A DNA stretch of 64,000 nucleotides from Escherichia coli (GTDB taxonomy: Bacteria > Pseudomonadota > Gammaproteobacteria > Enterobacterales > Enterobacteriaceae): the NCBI RefSeq assembly GCF_024502345.1, contig NZ_JALDNN010000001.1; one strand, 5' to 3'. Made by a program: the position numbers and the translations under genes. Shown in pieces: positions 18,676 to 29,034 of this stretch (the stretch's first letter is position 1; every line of letters begins with the position of its first letter). The notes beneath the pieces are model-generated. The model had not been told where the DNA came from. It searched no databases and saw only the letters and a program-made list of their open reading frames with translations.

Positions 18676-21414
18676 TTACTCAGCTTTAGCAAACTGCTGG
18701 GTGAAGTAAGCCAATGAATTAGCTTCTTTTACGGCATCATGCGGAATGAGTAAGTATTTCCAAGGTTTGCCACCGTGCTGTGCAAGGTATTCACTGGCAT
18801 GACTACACCATTTCACACCACTGCGGGCTTTTTCGGTGACTTCCTCATTCCAACTGCCGTCTTGGTTTTGATGTTGAGTACTTTTAGTTTCAATCATCAA
18901 TACATAGTCGGCGGTTTCAGCAACGAAATCCGGCACGTATTCAGGATGCTCGCTACCGCGTTTGTAGTACATCTTGAATTGGCCTTTGGCAGGCTTAAAC
19001 CACTTCTCGCAGTCGCGTTCTAAAATCACCGCAAAACGGCGCTCAGTGTCTGAATCAAACTTTTGCAATGGGTATAGACAACGGCTAAAGCCGCCAAAGA
19101 GCATTTGTTTGATGCGACTGACATCGCGTACTGTATCACGGTAGCTTTGCACCGGCTGGTCTTGCGCTATGGTGTAAGCGCAGTCACGTAAGGTACTAAA
19201 GCCACTGCGTACATCGACGACGTACTCGGTTGCTTCTTCAAAGAAGTGGTTGTTCAGTTGCGCATGAATTAACTTCGCAATCGCATCACTCTGGTTTTGC
19301 AGAATGTTCTCAACCACATCGTCGTCGTTTTCAGCGGCCAGTGTATTGACAGCTTGAGTGGCTAGGTCAAACAAAAGTTCAGCTTGCTCGTCGTAAGGAA
19401 TATCGTCGTAATCGAACAGCTTCTTCAAAATATAGTTTTGTTTCACCGGCTCGTAGTTGCCCGAATCGCCTTCGCCACGAATGGTTTGGTGATTGTCTTG
19501 CAGGCTTTGTTGAATCAGAGTTCGGTCGATAGGTTTTAAACCTTTAATGGCAGCAATGTCCAAATCGAACGGGTGATAGCCGGTACGTACTTCACCTGAT
19601 GGTGAAACAATAATACGCGGAATATCTATGGTGTTATCCACCGTGAGCTGGGTGACTTGCTCAACAATCGCCGCAATATCCACCGATTCTTCAGTAAATA
19701 GCTCCCGTTGCTCTTGGGTTAACTGAGCTTTTACTTGTTCGGTGATCTGTGCTTTTACCTCAGTCGTTAACAATGCTTTGCTGGTCGGCGCATCGGTAGG
19801 GCGTGTTTGATATTGCTTGATCACGTCCAATGCAGCGCGGGCAACGGTTTGTTGGTTAGGCGTGGTATAAGTGGCTTTAGGTTCTTGTACCTCACGGTTA
19901 CCGTCTGCACCGGTTGCGGTTACACCTGAACCAGTCAGTTGCTGCTCTAGGTTCGATTTAACCTGCACACTTTGTTTGGTTACATCGTCTTCTGGGCGAT
20001 CTAATACGCGTGTTTTCAGGCGCAGTGGGTTATTCGGGTCGTTAGCCTCATCAACAATTTCTTGGAATTTGTCGTGCGCAACAATGCTCAGCGTATCGAC
20101 GGCTTCAACACCTGTACGTTTGCCATAAGGTAAACGCAAACCACGGCCAATTGACTGTTCAATTAGGGTTCTGGCGTTGGCTGCACGTAGTGGCACAATG
20201 GTGTACAGGTTAGTAACGTCCCAACCTTCTTTCAGCATGTTAACGTGAATGACGATCTCGGTTGGCTCATCGACATGCTCAACATTGAGCAGTGCTTGAA
20301 TAGTTTCTTCTTCTTTTTTACTGCTATCCACTTGAATGACTTTGCCACGGTAGCGGCCGTCAAACACTGTTTCAAGTTTGGTTAAAAGCTCTGCTGCATG
20401 CGTGGTATCACGGGCAATCACCAACATAAAAGGCTTAACTAACTTAGCATCGTTTTCATGTGCATAAGTGATTAAATCCACCTTGGTTTGCTCATGTAAA
20501 CGAATACCGTCCATTAACTTAATGGTTTCTAGTTCGTCTTTATCATATTGGCTGGCATCAAAGTTACGCTGAGTAACAACGGCAGGCTCTTTAACAAAAC
20601 CATCATCCATGGCACAGGCCAATGGGTAATCAATCACCACATTTTTAAAGTGCACAGGGCCACGACTTGATTCGGTAAATGGTGTGGCCGTTAGCTCTAA
20701 TGCGAATAGTGGATTAAGCTCATTGAGCGCACGCATACCGGCATCGGCACGATAGCGATGCGATTCGTCCATCAGCAGCACTAAGTCAGGTAAGTTCGAT
20801 AGATACTCAAAGTAGCTTTCGCCTAGGGTTTCCGCTAAACGCTTAATACGCGGGGCTTTGCCTCCACGTACTTCGGTGTTAATTTTCGCGATGTTAAACA
20901 CATTGATCCGAACCGAACCAAATAGATCGCCCATGACTTGTGCGCCGCGGCTCTCATAGTTATCACCGGTGATCACTTCTGGCGGTGCTAGCACAAAATC
21001 GGTAATGCCTTTAAACACGTACTTCGGTGAGGCGGGCGAGAAATCGCTGATCAGCTTTTCATAAATAGTCAGGTTAGGTGCCAACACAAAATAATTGCGA
21101 ATGCCATGTACCTGATACAAATAGGTAATAAACGCCCCCATCAAACGGGTTTTACCTACACCTGTTGCCAAGGCAAAACACAGTGAAGGAAAGTCACGTT
21201 CAAAATCGCTGAGCTTAGGAAACTGCGCTTTTAAGGTTTCTAATAGCTCCGGCACATCGCGTTTTGGGTTCAGTAGTTTGTGCTCAGAAGCACTAATCGC
21301 CACTGCCAACGCACGCAGCGAATCTTGCTGCGGCTGGCGTAAGCTTAAACGGCCAATAATATTATTAATGGCACGTAATTGGTCGGGTTTTAAGCTTGAT
21401 AAATCCATGGTCAT
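18676..21414 (-). CDS. res: Type III restriction enzyme Res subunit (SF2 helicase plus C-terminal PD-(D/E)xK nuclease)
   Basis: 912 aa with ATGVGKT (motif I), LLMDESHRY (DExH), helicase-C VNMLKEGWDVTNL..QSIGRGLR, and C-terminal PDFVAE...LMIETK. It lies 21 nt downstream of mod. Confidence 0.85.
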   Translation of the reverse strand: MTMDLSSLKPDQLRAINNIIGRLSLRQPQQDSLRALAVAISASEHKLLNPKRDVPELLETLKAQFPKLSDFERDFPSLCFALATGVGKTRLMGAFITYLYQVHGIRNYFVLAPNLTIYEKLISDFSPASPKYVFKGITDFVLAPPEVITGDNYESRGAQVMGDLFGSVRINVFNIAKINTEVRGGKAPRIKRLAETLGESYFEYLSNLPDLVLLMDESHRYRADAGMRALNELNPLFALELTATPFTESSRGPVHFKNVVIDYPLACAMDDGFVKEPAVVTQRNFDASQYDKDELETIKLMDGIRLHEQTKVDLITYAHENDAKLVKPFMLVIARDTTHAAELLTKLETVFDGRYRGKVIQVDSSKKEEETIQALLNVEHVDEPTEIVIHVNMLKEGWDVTNLYTIVPLRAANARTLIEQSIGRGLRLPYGKRTGVEAVDTLSIVAHDKFQEIVDEANDPNNPLRLKTRVLDRPEDDVTKQSVQVKSNLEQQLTGSGVTATGADGNREVQEPKATYTTPNQQTVARAALDVIKQYQTRPTDAPTSKALLTTEVKAQITEQVKAQLTQEQRELFTEESVDIAAIVEQVTQLTVDNTIDIPRIIVSPSGEVRTGYHPFDLDIAAIKGLKPIDRTLIQQSLQDNHQTIRGEGDSGNYEPVKQNYILKKLFDYDDIPYDEQAELLFDLATQAVNTLAAENDDDVVENILQNQSDAIAKLIHAQLNNHFFEEATEYVVDVRSGFSTLRDCAYTIAQDQPVQSYRDTVRDVSRIKQMLFGGFSRCLYPLQKFDSDTERRFAVILERDCEKWFKPAKGQFKMYYKRGSEHPEYVPDFVAETADYVLMIETKSTQHQNQDGSWNEEVTEKARSGVKWCSHASEYLAQHGGKPWKYLLIPHDAVKEANSLAYFTQQFAKAE

Positions 21415-21435
21415 TATAATTATCCTTATTAACCG

Positions 21436-23142
21436 TTAATCTTGCGCTGCATCGTCATCGGCAGACGCATCGTCAGTTAGGTTTGCCACGTTTAACGAAT
21501 AATCGTCCTGACCAAATTGGCACTTGTCTAAAATGGCTTTTGGCAGTTTTTTCAAGGTTAAATTGGTAAAACGACCTGGCTCGCAGCGAAATGCACCACA
21601 CATAACCAGTAAAGTTCGGTCACTGCCAACTTCTTCTGACAGCGCTTCTAATTTATCTACCGATAAGCTTTGTGTGGTGACATAAATATGATCCGTCTCG
21701 GTTGAATAACCGTGATCCCACCAATTCACTTCCGATGGCGCATAGGTAAAACCTTCCAGCTTACAAACGGCTTCGGCGAGCATTTCTGGGTTGTACTCTT
21801 TATTGATCACTTCCAAGCCAAACTTATCTTTCACAATTAAGGTCGGGGCAAGTTTGTAATAGCGGAAGCCACCGCCACCTTGCCAGTTTACAGACTTAGA
21901 AATACCACCTTGATCTTCGCCATCAATCACTTTTTGCAAGCGCGGGATAATATGGGTATGACAATGATCACCTAGCTCGACCGAGATCCAACGTCTTTTC
22001 ATCTTGTGAGCTACAGCAGCAGTAGTTCCCGAACCACCGAATGAATCAAAGACTAAATCGCCTTCTCGCGTACACATTTCGAAAATCCGCTTCAAAAGCG
22101 CTTCGGGTTTTTTTCCATTTTTGAAACTAACGCCGCCTTCATTTGCTATTCCATTCCAACTAATGTCAGTCCAAACATCAGTTATTAGTTCAGCAGGTTG
22201 CATCTCACCGTCAATTTCCAAAAGCCTATTGGAGTAAAAGACCATTTGCCTACCATTTGCGATATAAAAGCCTTCGACATCCTCATTTGGATGTACATAA
22301 ACCTTATCCCTATCTTTCTTTGACTTCTCGATAGTTTCTTTTCTCTTTATTTTAGCACCACCACCAATTGCAACGGATTGAAATACACGTTCTGCATTAT
22401 CAATTGCGAATTGTGCTAATTCATCATCAAATGTATCAGGCAGTTTTTTCTTGGCTTCTTTTGTATCTTTATAGCCATTGGCCTTTGCAAACGCATCGGC
22501 AATACCGCACCACGTCCAACTTTTATAATGGTCATCTGGGTTTAATAGATATTTGTTATATCCCGTATCATATCCTTTAGGTATATAGATTTTGTTAAGC
22601 GGTTTCTGGGTGCGATCTTTTGCGTATACAAGCAAAAAGTTTACTGTGGAGAAAACTGTGGCCCCTGTTGCCTTAAAGCCTGAAGGGTCATTTGTGGTCA
22701 TCGATATGGTATTTAACTGATTTGCACGACCAAAAATCTCGTCCATCAAAACTTTTAAATAAGCCATTTCGCAGTCATCTAAGTGAACGAATATTACTCC
22801 ATCATCACTTAGTAGATTACGAATTATTTCTAACCTATCCCTCATTAAGCCCAGCCAAATGGAATGCTCCAGACCATCATCATAGTGCTCAAAAGCACTT
22901 CCGGTATTGAATGGTGGGTCTATGTAAACACACTTCACTTTGCCTGCATATTCTTGCTCTAGCGCCTTCAATGCCAATAAGTTATCGCCAAAAATCAGTT
23001 TATTATCAAAAATATCGTTTTCGGTCACTTTTTGGCTGGCGTGATAAGACTTGCTCGGGTCTTCTAACAAAATGCGCGGCTCTAACTTTTTGCGCTCGTT
23101 TTTGCCTATCCAGGTCAGTTCTAATTTGGTTTTGCTCATCAT
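21436..23142 (-). CDS. mod: Type III R-M Mod subunit (beta-class N6-adenine/N4-cytosine DNA methyltransferase)
   Basis: 568 aa with VYIDPPFNTG (motif IV) preceding FDSFGGSGTTAAVA (motif I). The N-terminal LTWIGKNERKKLEPRILLED is typical of Type III Mod. Confidence 0.85.
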   Translation of the reverse strand: MMSKTKLELTWIGKNERKKLEPRILLEDPSKSYHASQKVTENDIFDNKLIFGDNLLALKALEQEYAGKVKCVYIDPPFNTGSAFEHYDDGLEHSIWLGLMRDRLEIIRNLLSDDGVIFVHLDDCEMAYLKVLMDEIFGRANQLNTISMTTNDPSGFKATGATVFSTVNFLLVYAKDRTQKPLNKIYIPKGYDTGYNKYLLNPDDHYKSWTWCGIADAFAKANGYKDTKEAKKKLPDTFDDELAQFAIDNAERVFQSVAIGGGAKIKRKETIEKSKKDRDKVYVHPNEDVEGFYIANGRQMVFYSNRLLEIDGEMQPAELITDVWTDISWNGIANEGGVSFKNGKKPEALLKRIFEMCTREGDLVFDSFGGSGTTAAVAHKMKRRWISVELGDHCHTHIIPRLQKVIDGEDQGGISKSVNWQGGGGFRYYKLAPTLIVKDKFGLEVINKEYNPEMLAEAVCKLEGFTYAPSEVNWWDHGYSTETDHIYVTTQSLSVDKLEALSEEVGSDRTLLVMCGAFRCEPGRFTNLTLKKLPKAILDKCQFGQDDYSLNVANLTDDASADDDAAQD

Positions 23143-23196
23143 TTCTGTGCTCTTATCTTGTGTTCGTTACTTAGCGTTATTATTCTACAGCAATCG

Positions 23197-25062
23197 CTAC
23201 GCAGGTTGTGCTTGGCGATTACTCGCTTGGGTGTTTTGCCCTTGTCGGCGTTGCGCTTGCTCGGCTAAGTAACTGAATAAATTCTGGTTGTGTGGGTCGT
23301 TCGCTTGAAGGCGTTCTTGTTTTGCTACAACTGCCGGGCTTTCTGCCAAGTTTAAATGGCTAATCCACACCGTTTGCATTAAACGTGCGGTATCGCCCAA
23401 GCGTTTGAAGTATGCGTGCGGCGCACTGCCTAATACTAATGCCGTAAAACTATCAAAAAATTGCTGACGAAGTTCATCAAAAGCGTGGCTGATTAATCTT
23501 TTAAATGCCGCTTGCTCGGTAATCTCAGGAGCCGTAATAGCGCCTTCAAACTGCGCCATTAATAGCGTGGTTATGCAGTAAGTAAAATGTCGATATACCA
23601 GTTTTTCTGGGCTTGGACTACTGCGCTCTGCGTTTGTACATAAGACTTGAATAGCCAGATAGCAGTTCACCGCGTTAATGGCGACGGCCCCCTGTAAATC
23701 TGTACTAAAAACGGCTTGGTACTCGGCACTTTCTTGGTTAGTGAATTTGCTTGGCTCTACTTTTAGCTGATAAGGCACGCGTACATCACCGTGCATACAG
23801 GCCAATGCTTTGGCCAAGGTGTCGATAGTAATGCTGCGAATACCCGCTGCTGCGCTTTGTTGTGGGCGGTAGAGATATTCAACACCAAACATTTTCATCT
23901 CTTGGCGCAAGCGTTCTTGGGTATCATCCAGCGCGGCAAAGTTGGCTAAATCGACCGGGTTTTGCAGGTTACGCGCTTTGGTTACTTGTTTGTGAAATGC
24001 ATCGTTACCCGTGTTGATAATGGTTACCATCACTTGAGCTTGGCTGATGTCTGCATTTGGGTTTTCACGCATAAACTGTGCAGCACTAGCAATGGTTTGT
24101 GCACCGTTAACGACGGACAGGCCATCGACTGCAACATGCTTGCTACCTGTGTGGCCTCTAATATTCCCTTTTGGTTTTACTGCATTGCCAACCAGAGTAA
24201 TGCCATTGTTAAGATAAATAAAATTTTCCGGCTCATGTAAAAGGGTGTCTTTAATCGCCCTATTTACCCCACGTCTGCCAGCACCAATAAAATAGCGAAT
24301 ATTTTTCTCGTAAAGTTTACGGTCATGAGTAGTGTGCAAGGCAATTAAATCGGTTAGCTTGGCGATACCAAATACGACTTTTCGTGGTTGTTCTTGCACT
24401 CGGAACTTATATACAGCGACACGCTCGTTTACCGTATCAACCGCATGTTCACTGCGAAGAGCCTGCTCAACATCGGTGGCGGTGTATTCTTGATATTCAG
24501 GTGCGATTTGCTCTTCACCTTCATCAATCAGCTCTTGGATCGCTGGTTGTAGGTAGTTTTGTGCTTGTATGGTAATGCCATTACCTGTGTATGCGACAAG
24601 CAGTTGAATTCTTTCGCACTCGTCTAATGCGGCTTCAATATTTGCTTGAAGGTTTTGAACATTTTGATTAAAGCGGTGAAATTGCTTGTTTAAAAGTAAC
24701 TTTACACCCTCAATAAAAGCCTGTGCTTCGCCCAATTGGAATTGCGCATCTTCCTTCATTTTTGACTGTACTAAGTACAGAGTCTGATCAGCTTCGTGAT
24801 AATAAATTGCATCAATACCATGGTCTTCATAGTCGTCCACCACAGCTTTTGCTGCGGTCACTACGTCTAAATCGAATTTTTGCTGTAGTACGAATGCGCT
24901 AAAAGCCCTGGAAATTTGCTTTTTAGGTTTATCTTCTCGCCCACCTTGCCCAAGCAATGGCGGTAAATGCGGCACAAAACGCTGCTGTAGCAGTTCTTTT
25001 AATAGGGTAAGAAATTGTGGTTGTAATGCTGCCAAGTGAGTTGTCCTTATTTTTATTGCCAA
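23197..25062 (-). CDS. AIPR-family (abortive infection phage resistance) protein
   Basis: 621 aa with [31 protein letters not shown]...[11 protein letters not shown], the AIPR signature as I recall it. The first codon is TTG (25062-25060), which overlaps the Abi_2 stop by 10 nt. Confidence 0.7.
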   Translation of the reverse strand: MAIKIRTTHLAALQPQFLTLLKELLQQRFVPHLPPLLGQGGREDKPKKQISRAFSAFVLQQKFDLDVVTAAKAVVDDYEDHGIDAIYYHEADQTLYLVQSKMKEDAQFQLGEAQAFIEGVKLLLNKQFHRFNQNVQNLQANIEAALDECERIQLLVAYTGNGITIQAQNYLQPAIQELIDEGEEQIAPEYQEYTATDVEQALRSEHAVDTVNERVAVYKFRVQEQPRKVVFGIAKLTDLIALHTTHDRKLYEKNIRYFIGAGRRGVNRAIKDTLLHEPENFIYLNNGITLVGNAVKPKGNIRGHTGSKHVAVDGLSVVNGAQTIASAAQFMRENPNADISQAQVMVTIINTGNDAFHKQVTKARNLQNPVDLANFAALDDTQERLRQEMKMFGVEYLYRPQQSAAAGIRSITIDTLAKALACMHGDVRVPYQLKVEPSKFTNQESAEYQAVFSTDLQGAVAINAVNCYLAIQVLCTNAERSSPSPEKLVYRHFTYCITTLLMAQFEGAITAPEITEQAAFKRLISHAFDELRQQFFDSFTALVLGSAPHAYFKRLGDTARLMQTVWISHLNLAESPAVVAKQERLQANDPHNQNLFSYLAEQAQRRQGQNTQASNRQAQPA

Positions 25063-25982
25063 ATTGGCCGCGCTTGCCAGTCGGCTGGAAAGCCCATGCG
25101 GTCAATGTCTATTTGGTGATGATTTATCAATTGGATGAGTCGTTGCTTCCAGTGATGTTCACCACTGATCACATCCATGAGGTAGCCCAACATCACCAAG
25201 GTGTTATAAATTTTTCGTAAACGCCGGTCGCTATCGGGCAGGTTTTGCAAGCTTTGAATCAGTGCCGGTTCACCATGGCGTGGCAGTACCGTGGTTTTAA
25301 TAAAATCACGGTTCCATAGCCTAGAATGATGGGCACTTAAATTGCGCACTAGCGACAAATGCTCACAGAATGAGGTAAGAGTTTTTTCATCTAGGCCGTA
25401 GCTTTTGCTTATTACCTGGCGGTCGGCACGCAGCTTGATATTGCTGTACCAACAGGAAAGTTGCCCCATGGTTAACAGCTCAACACAGGCCCAAATAGGG
25501 GGTAGTGGCTCTTGATATTTTTGCGTAAGGTGCTTGATGAACTCTTCACGACTGCACTTTACCTCACCCGTGAGTTTGCCAAGGCTACTGGCGTATTCTA
25601 ATAAATCACCAAAGAGCTCTGGTTTTAAATGAGGGTGCGCGGTTTGGTATTTTTGGCTCAACTGATACGCAATTTGTGTGCGTAATGACACCTCAAAACG
25701 CTCGATGGCATCTAGCACTAACAAACGTAGTTCACGGTCGAAAACATATAGGCTTAGGACTTGGTCAAACTGAGTACCTGTGATAAACGTATGACTGGCA
25801 TGATCTTGCTCATAGGGCAAACAATAAGCCGCAAAACGATAGTAGTTCAGCTGTGCTAAGTAAAACTCAGCTTTCGGGACATCACTGATCACTAGGCCAC
25901 GTTGTTGCAACAAGCGTACTTGATCGCTAAAGCTTGTAGGGGGCTTGGTAAAAGCGACTTTAGGGACTGGTTTGCGGCTCAT
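25053..25982 (-). CDS. Abi_2-family (AbiD/AbiF-like) HEPN protein
   Basis: Carries [12 protein letters not shown]...YYRFAAY...VFDRELR...[16 protein letters not shown] (HEPN R-x4-H). The start is taken at MSRKP (25982); the longest ORF starts at 25994. Confidence 0.75.
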   Translation of the reverse strand: MSRKPVPKVAFTKPPTSFSDQVRLLQQRGLVISDVPKAEFYLAQLNYYRFAAYCLPYEQDHASHTFITGTQFDQVLSLYVFDRELRLLVLDAIERFEVSLRTQIAYQLSQKYQTAHPHLKPELFGDLLEYASSLGKLTGEVKCSREEFIKHLTQKYQEPLPPIWACVELLTMGQLSCWYSNIKLRADRQVISKSYGLDEKTLTSFCEHLSLVRNLSAHHSRLWNRDFIKTTVLPRHGEPALIQSLQNLPDSDRRLRKIYNTLVMLGYLMDVISGEHHWKQRLIQLINHHQIDIDRMGFPADWQARPIWQ

Positions 25983-26139
25983 TTGACCTCCCATGCAACA
26001 GAAGATCGAATTTTGCGGGCCCCAGAAACGAGTAACCCCTCACAGGGCGCTGATCTGACGGGTAGCGGGAGGGGTGTTGTTGCAGTGATCATAGCCCCAA
26101 ACTGAAAAAAGTCAATGCTGGCGTTGAAATTGATTGTCA

Positions 26140-29034
26140 TCATTGAACCGTCCACCCAATGGTAAATAGGGTCTCTTGGCTGGTTTTTTTATTCAGTTTG
26201 CCTTCTAAGCTTTCAATCAGCTGTTCGCGCTTTTCGTCCACTTCATCTTGTTTATCAAACAGTTCACGGCGGCTTTTATTGCGCTGACTTTCTAACTGGC
26301 GCTGCTGTTTTTGCAGGGCAAGTTTCTCTTCCAGGGTTGGAGCTATTTTGGCTTCGCGGCGTACTTGCTTGATTTGCTTATCAAGCTCTTTTATAGATTG
26401 TTCAAGCCCTTCTTTTAAATCGTCTGCCCAAGAATCTAACTTGTTTACCTCTTGCTCGAAGAAGCTGAGATTACGATCGTTAACTTGCTTTTCGATGCCT
26501 AGTCTCGACTGCTGTAACGCATGCTGCAGCGCATATTGATAGCCAGGATATAAGGCGGCAAGTTCTTGCTCACTTACTTCACTTTGCACACAGGCACTAA
26601 GCTGCATCAGCTTTTGCACGACTTCACTTGGTAGCGGATGACCATGTTCATCTTGCGCGGCGAACAATAAATGGTCTTCGCTACGCTCCAATGATTCGAC
26701 ACTAAATTTTTGTAGGCTTAGTACACCTGACAAACCCACTAAGGGTTCTAGCATACTGATTTTTGTTTGGTGGTTGCTGTAATCAAAAATTACGCTGGCA
26801 ATGGGTAATTCACGTTGAAGCGCGTTGCTGATCACCCATTCACCCAGCGGGTGGGTGATACGATACACATGGGCATTGGCTAGTTTACCGGTTTCAATAC
26901 TGCCGCTTTGCTGTCCTCGGCGTACAAGTTGGTAGCTACCTGTAGGAGCCTGATTGATACTTTGATTAAGCGTAAAACTATGGTTGCTTGGGTCAATGTC
27001 TGCGATAGCTGCAAGTTCATGCGTACTGAGTTGCCAGAACCAACGGCCTACTTTATCGAGGCGTTGCTGCGCGGCATCTAGCTGAATTTTGAGTAAGTCG
27101 TGAATATCTTCATCGAAATTTTCCAGCAGCAGTTGCTGGGTCTCGCGCATTTTTTGGTTGATGTCGGCTTCTAGCTCTTTTTGCAATTGATCAAAAGCTG
27201 CTTCTATTTCCGCCGGTTGCCGACAAGTCTCGTATATATTTTGGATGCGTTTTTCAAAATCAATACCAGATTCAATGCTGCCTAGCACATCGTCCGATGC
27301 ACCAAACACGCCATCGAACAGATGGAATTTTTCAGTCAGTAACTCTAAAACACGCTGATCGGCTTTGTTGGCTTCGTTGAGGAAGTTGATCACCACAACA
27401 TCAAATTGCTGCCCATAGCGGTGACAACGGCCAATACGTTGCTCTACTCGTTGTGGGTTCCATGGTAAGTCATAGTTAATAAGTAACGAACAGAACTGTA
27501 AGTTAACCCCTTCTGCAGCCGCTTCGGTTGCGATCATAACTTCGGCATGATGGCGGAAGTAATCAATTAGGGCAGTACGGCGGTCAATTTGCGGTGAACC
27601 ACTCACCTTATCACTACCTTGGTTTTCAGCTAACCACTGCTGATAAACTTTGGTTGCTTCTGGATGGTTATTGCTGCCACTAAAGGTGACTAATTTATCA
27701 GCAAAGCCATTCGCCTCGAGGAAACGAGCTAGGTATTCTTGCGTGCGCTTCGATTCGGTAAAAATAATGACTTTACGTGGCGCCCCCATTTCCTCCATTT
27801 TGGCAAACCCTTGATTAAGCGCCGTTAGCAAGGCTTGGGTTTTACTGTCGGTGGTAATGGATTTAGCCTGCTCGATATAATGCTCAAGCTCGGCTATTTC
27901 AGCATTGAGTAACTCAAAGTCAATATCACTCTCAGGGGTATTGCTTTGTGTTTCTTCTACATACTCGCTGTACTCTTCTCCTAAATCATCACTCTCAACA
28001 AGCTCACTGATAATATCGAGGTCCGATTTAGCCTGTACTTTCAAGTCAACCAATCGGCGCTTTATAGTTTCGAGTGTGTTGAGCACTGCGTGCGAACTAG
28101 ATGCTAATAGCTTTCTCAGTATAAGGCCGGTTAAATGACGTTGGCTCTTGGGTAGTGCATAGCTCTCGTCCTTTTCCAATAAGGCACTAATACTTTCGTA
28201 AAGTGCCATCTCAGCATTAGAGGGTGTAAACGGTACGGTGAGTGTTTGACGTTGGGTATAGCGGACGTATTCGAGTACATCTTTGCGCAAGGTACGCTGA
28301 ATAAACCCGGTAAGTCGTTTCTTTAAATGCCCTAGCGCACTTTCGTTATTGACAAAGTGTTGTTTGAAGCTTCGCTCATCGCCGAAGATTTGATCGTCGA
28401 TAATGGTTGAAAGTCCATACAATTCCATGAGCGAGTTTTGTAAGGGTGTTGCAGTAAGTAATAGCTTTTTACTGCCATCTAATGCGCGGCGTAGCGTTTG
28501 ACCCATTTTATTGCTGCTACGATGTGCATTACGTAGCTTGTGCGCTTCGTCGATGACGACAATATCCCATGGCTCTAGCATTAGCTGCGTTTCCATTCTC
28601 GCAGCATAGTGATAGGACATAATAGAAACGCAGTGATTAGCTAGCGGGTTAGTTTGACCATTGTTAACACTAATGCGCCACGTTTTTGCATCAAGCACTT
28701 GCGTTGGTAAATTAAACTTATCGCCCAATTCCTGCGCCCACTGGCGTCGCAATGACGCCGGGCAGATGATCAATATGCGGCGTTTACGCTCTGCCCAATA
28801 CTGTGACAGTACTAAGCCTGCTTCAATAGTTTTCCCTAAGCCCACTTCATCAGCGAGTACAACACCTTTGCTTAACGGGTTGTTGAGCGCAAAAAGTGCC
28901 GCATGAATTTGGTGCGGATTGAGATCAACACTGGCATCAAAAAGAGATTGAGACAATTTATCAACGCCATTTTCAGCGTGGCGAATGGTTAATTCCTGCG
29001 CAAAGTATTTTGCTTGATAATCAGTTATTACCAT
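26140..29034 (-). CDS. SNF2-family helicase with a ~330-aa uncharacterised C-terminal region ending in a coiled coil
   Basis: Carries LADEVGLGKTIEAG, VVIDEAHKLRN, LLLTATPLQNS and INYDLPWNPQRVEQRIGRCHRYGQ. The preferred start MVITDYQAKYFAQELT at 29034 follows AAGGGG and overlaps the HTH gene's stop by 14 nt; the longest ORF starts at 29115. Confidence 0.8.
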   Translation of the reverse strand: MVITDYQAKYFAQELTIRHAENGVDKLSQSLFDASVDLNPHQIHAALFALNNPLSKGVVLADEVGLGKTIEAGLVLSQYWAERKRRILIICPASLRRQWAQELGDKFNLPTQVLDAKTWRISVNNGQTNPLANHCVSIMSYHYAARMETQLMLEPWDIVVIDEAHKLRNAHRSSNKMGQTLRRALDGSKKLLLTATPLQNSLMELYGLSTIIDDQIFGDERSFKQHFVNNESALGHLKKRLTGFIQRTLRKDVLEYVRYTQRQTLTVPFTPSNAEMALYESISALLEKDESYALPKSQRHLTGLILRKLLASSSHAVLNTLETIKRRLVDLKVQAKSDLDIISELVESDDLGEEYSEYVEETQSNTPESDIDFELLNAEIAELEHYIEQAKSITTDSKTQALLTALNQGFAKMEEMGAPRKVIIFTESKRTQEYLARFLEANGFADKLVTFSGSNNHPEATKVYQQWLAENQGSDKVSGSPQIDRRTALIDYFRHHAEVMIATEAAAEGVNLQFCSLLINYDLPWNPQRVEQRIGRCHRYGQQFDVVVINFLNEANKADQRVLELLTEKFHLFDGVFGASDDVLGSIESGIDFEKRIQNIYETCRQPAEIEAAFDQLQKELEADINQKMRETQQLLLENFDEDIHDLLKIQLDAAQQRLDKVGRWFWQLSTHELAAIADIDPSNHSFTLNQSINQAPTGSYQLVRRGQQSGSIETGKLANAHVYRITHPLGEWVISNALQRELPIASVIFDYSNHQTKISMLEPLVGLSGVLSLQKFSVESLERSEDHLLFAAQDEHGHPLPSEVVQKLMQLSACVQSEVSEQELAALYPGYQYALQHALQQSRLGIEKQVNDRNLSFFEQEVNKLDSWADDLKEGLEQSIKELDKQIKQVRREAKIAPTLEEKLALQKQQRQLESQRNKSRRELFDKQDEVDEKREQLIESLEGKLNKKTSQETLFTIGWTVQ

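Noticed and set aside
21436-23196. A phase-variable simple-sequence repeat in or upstream of the Type III mod gene
   Set aside because: Eye-scanning found no tetra- or pentanucleotide or long homopolymer tract. A computational SSR scan should confirm this.
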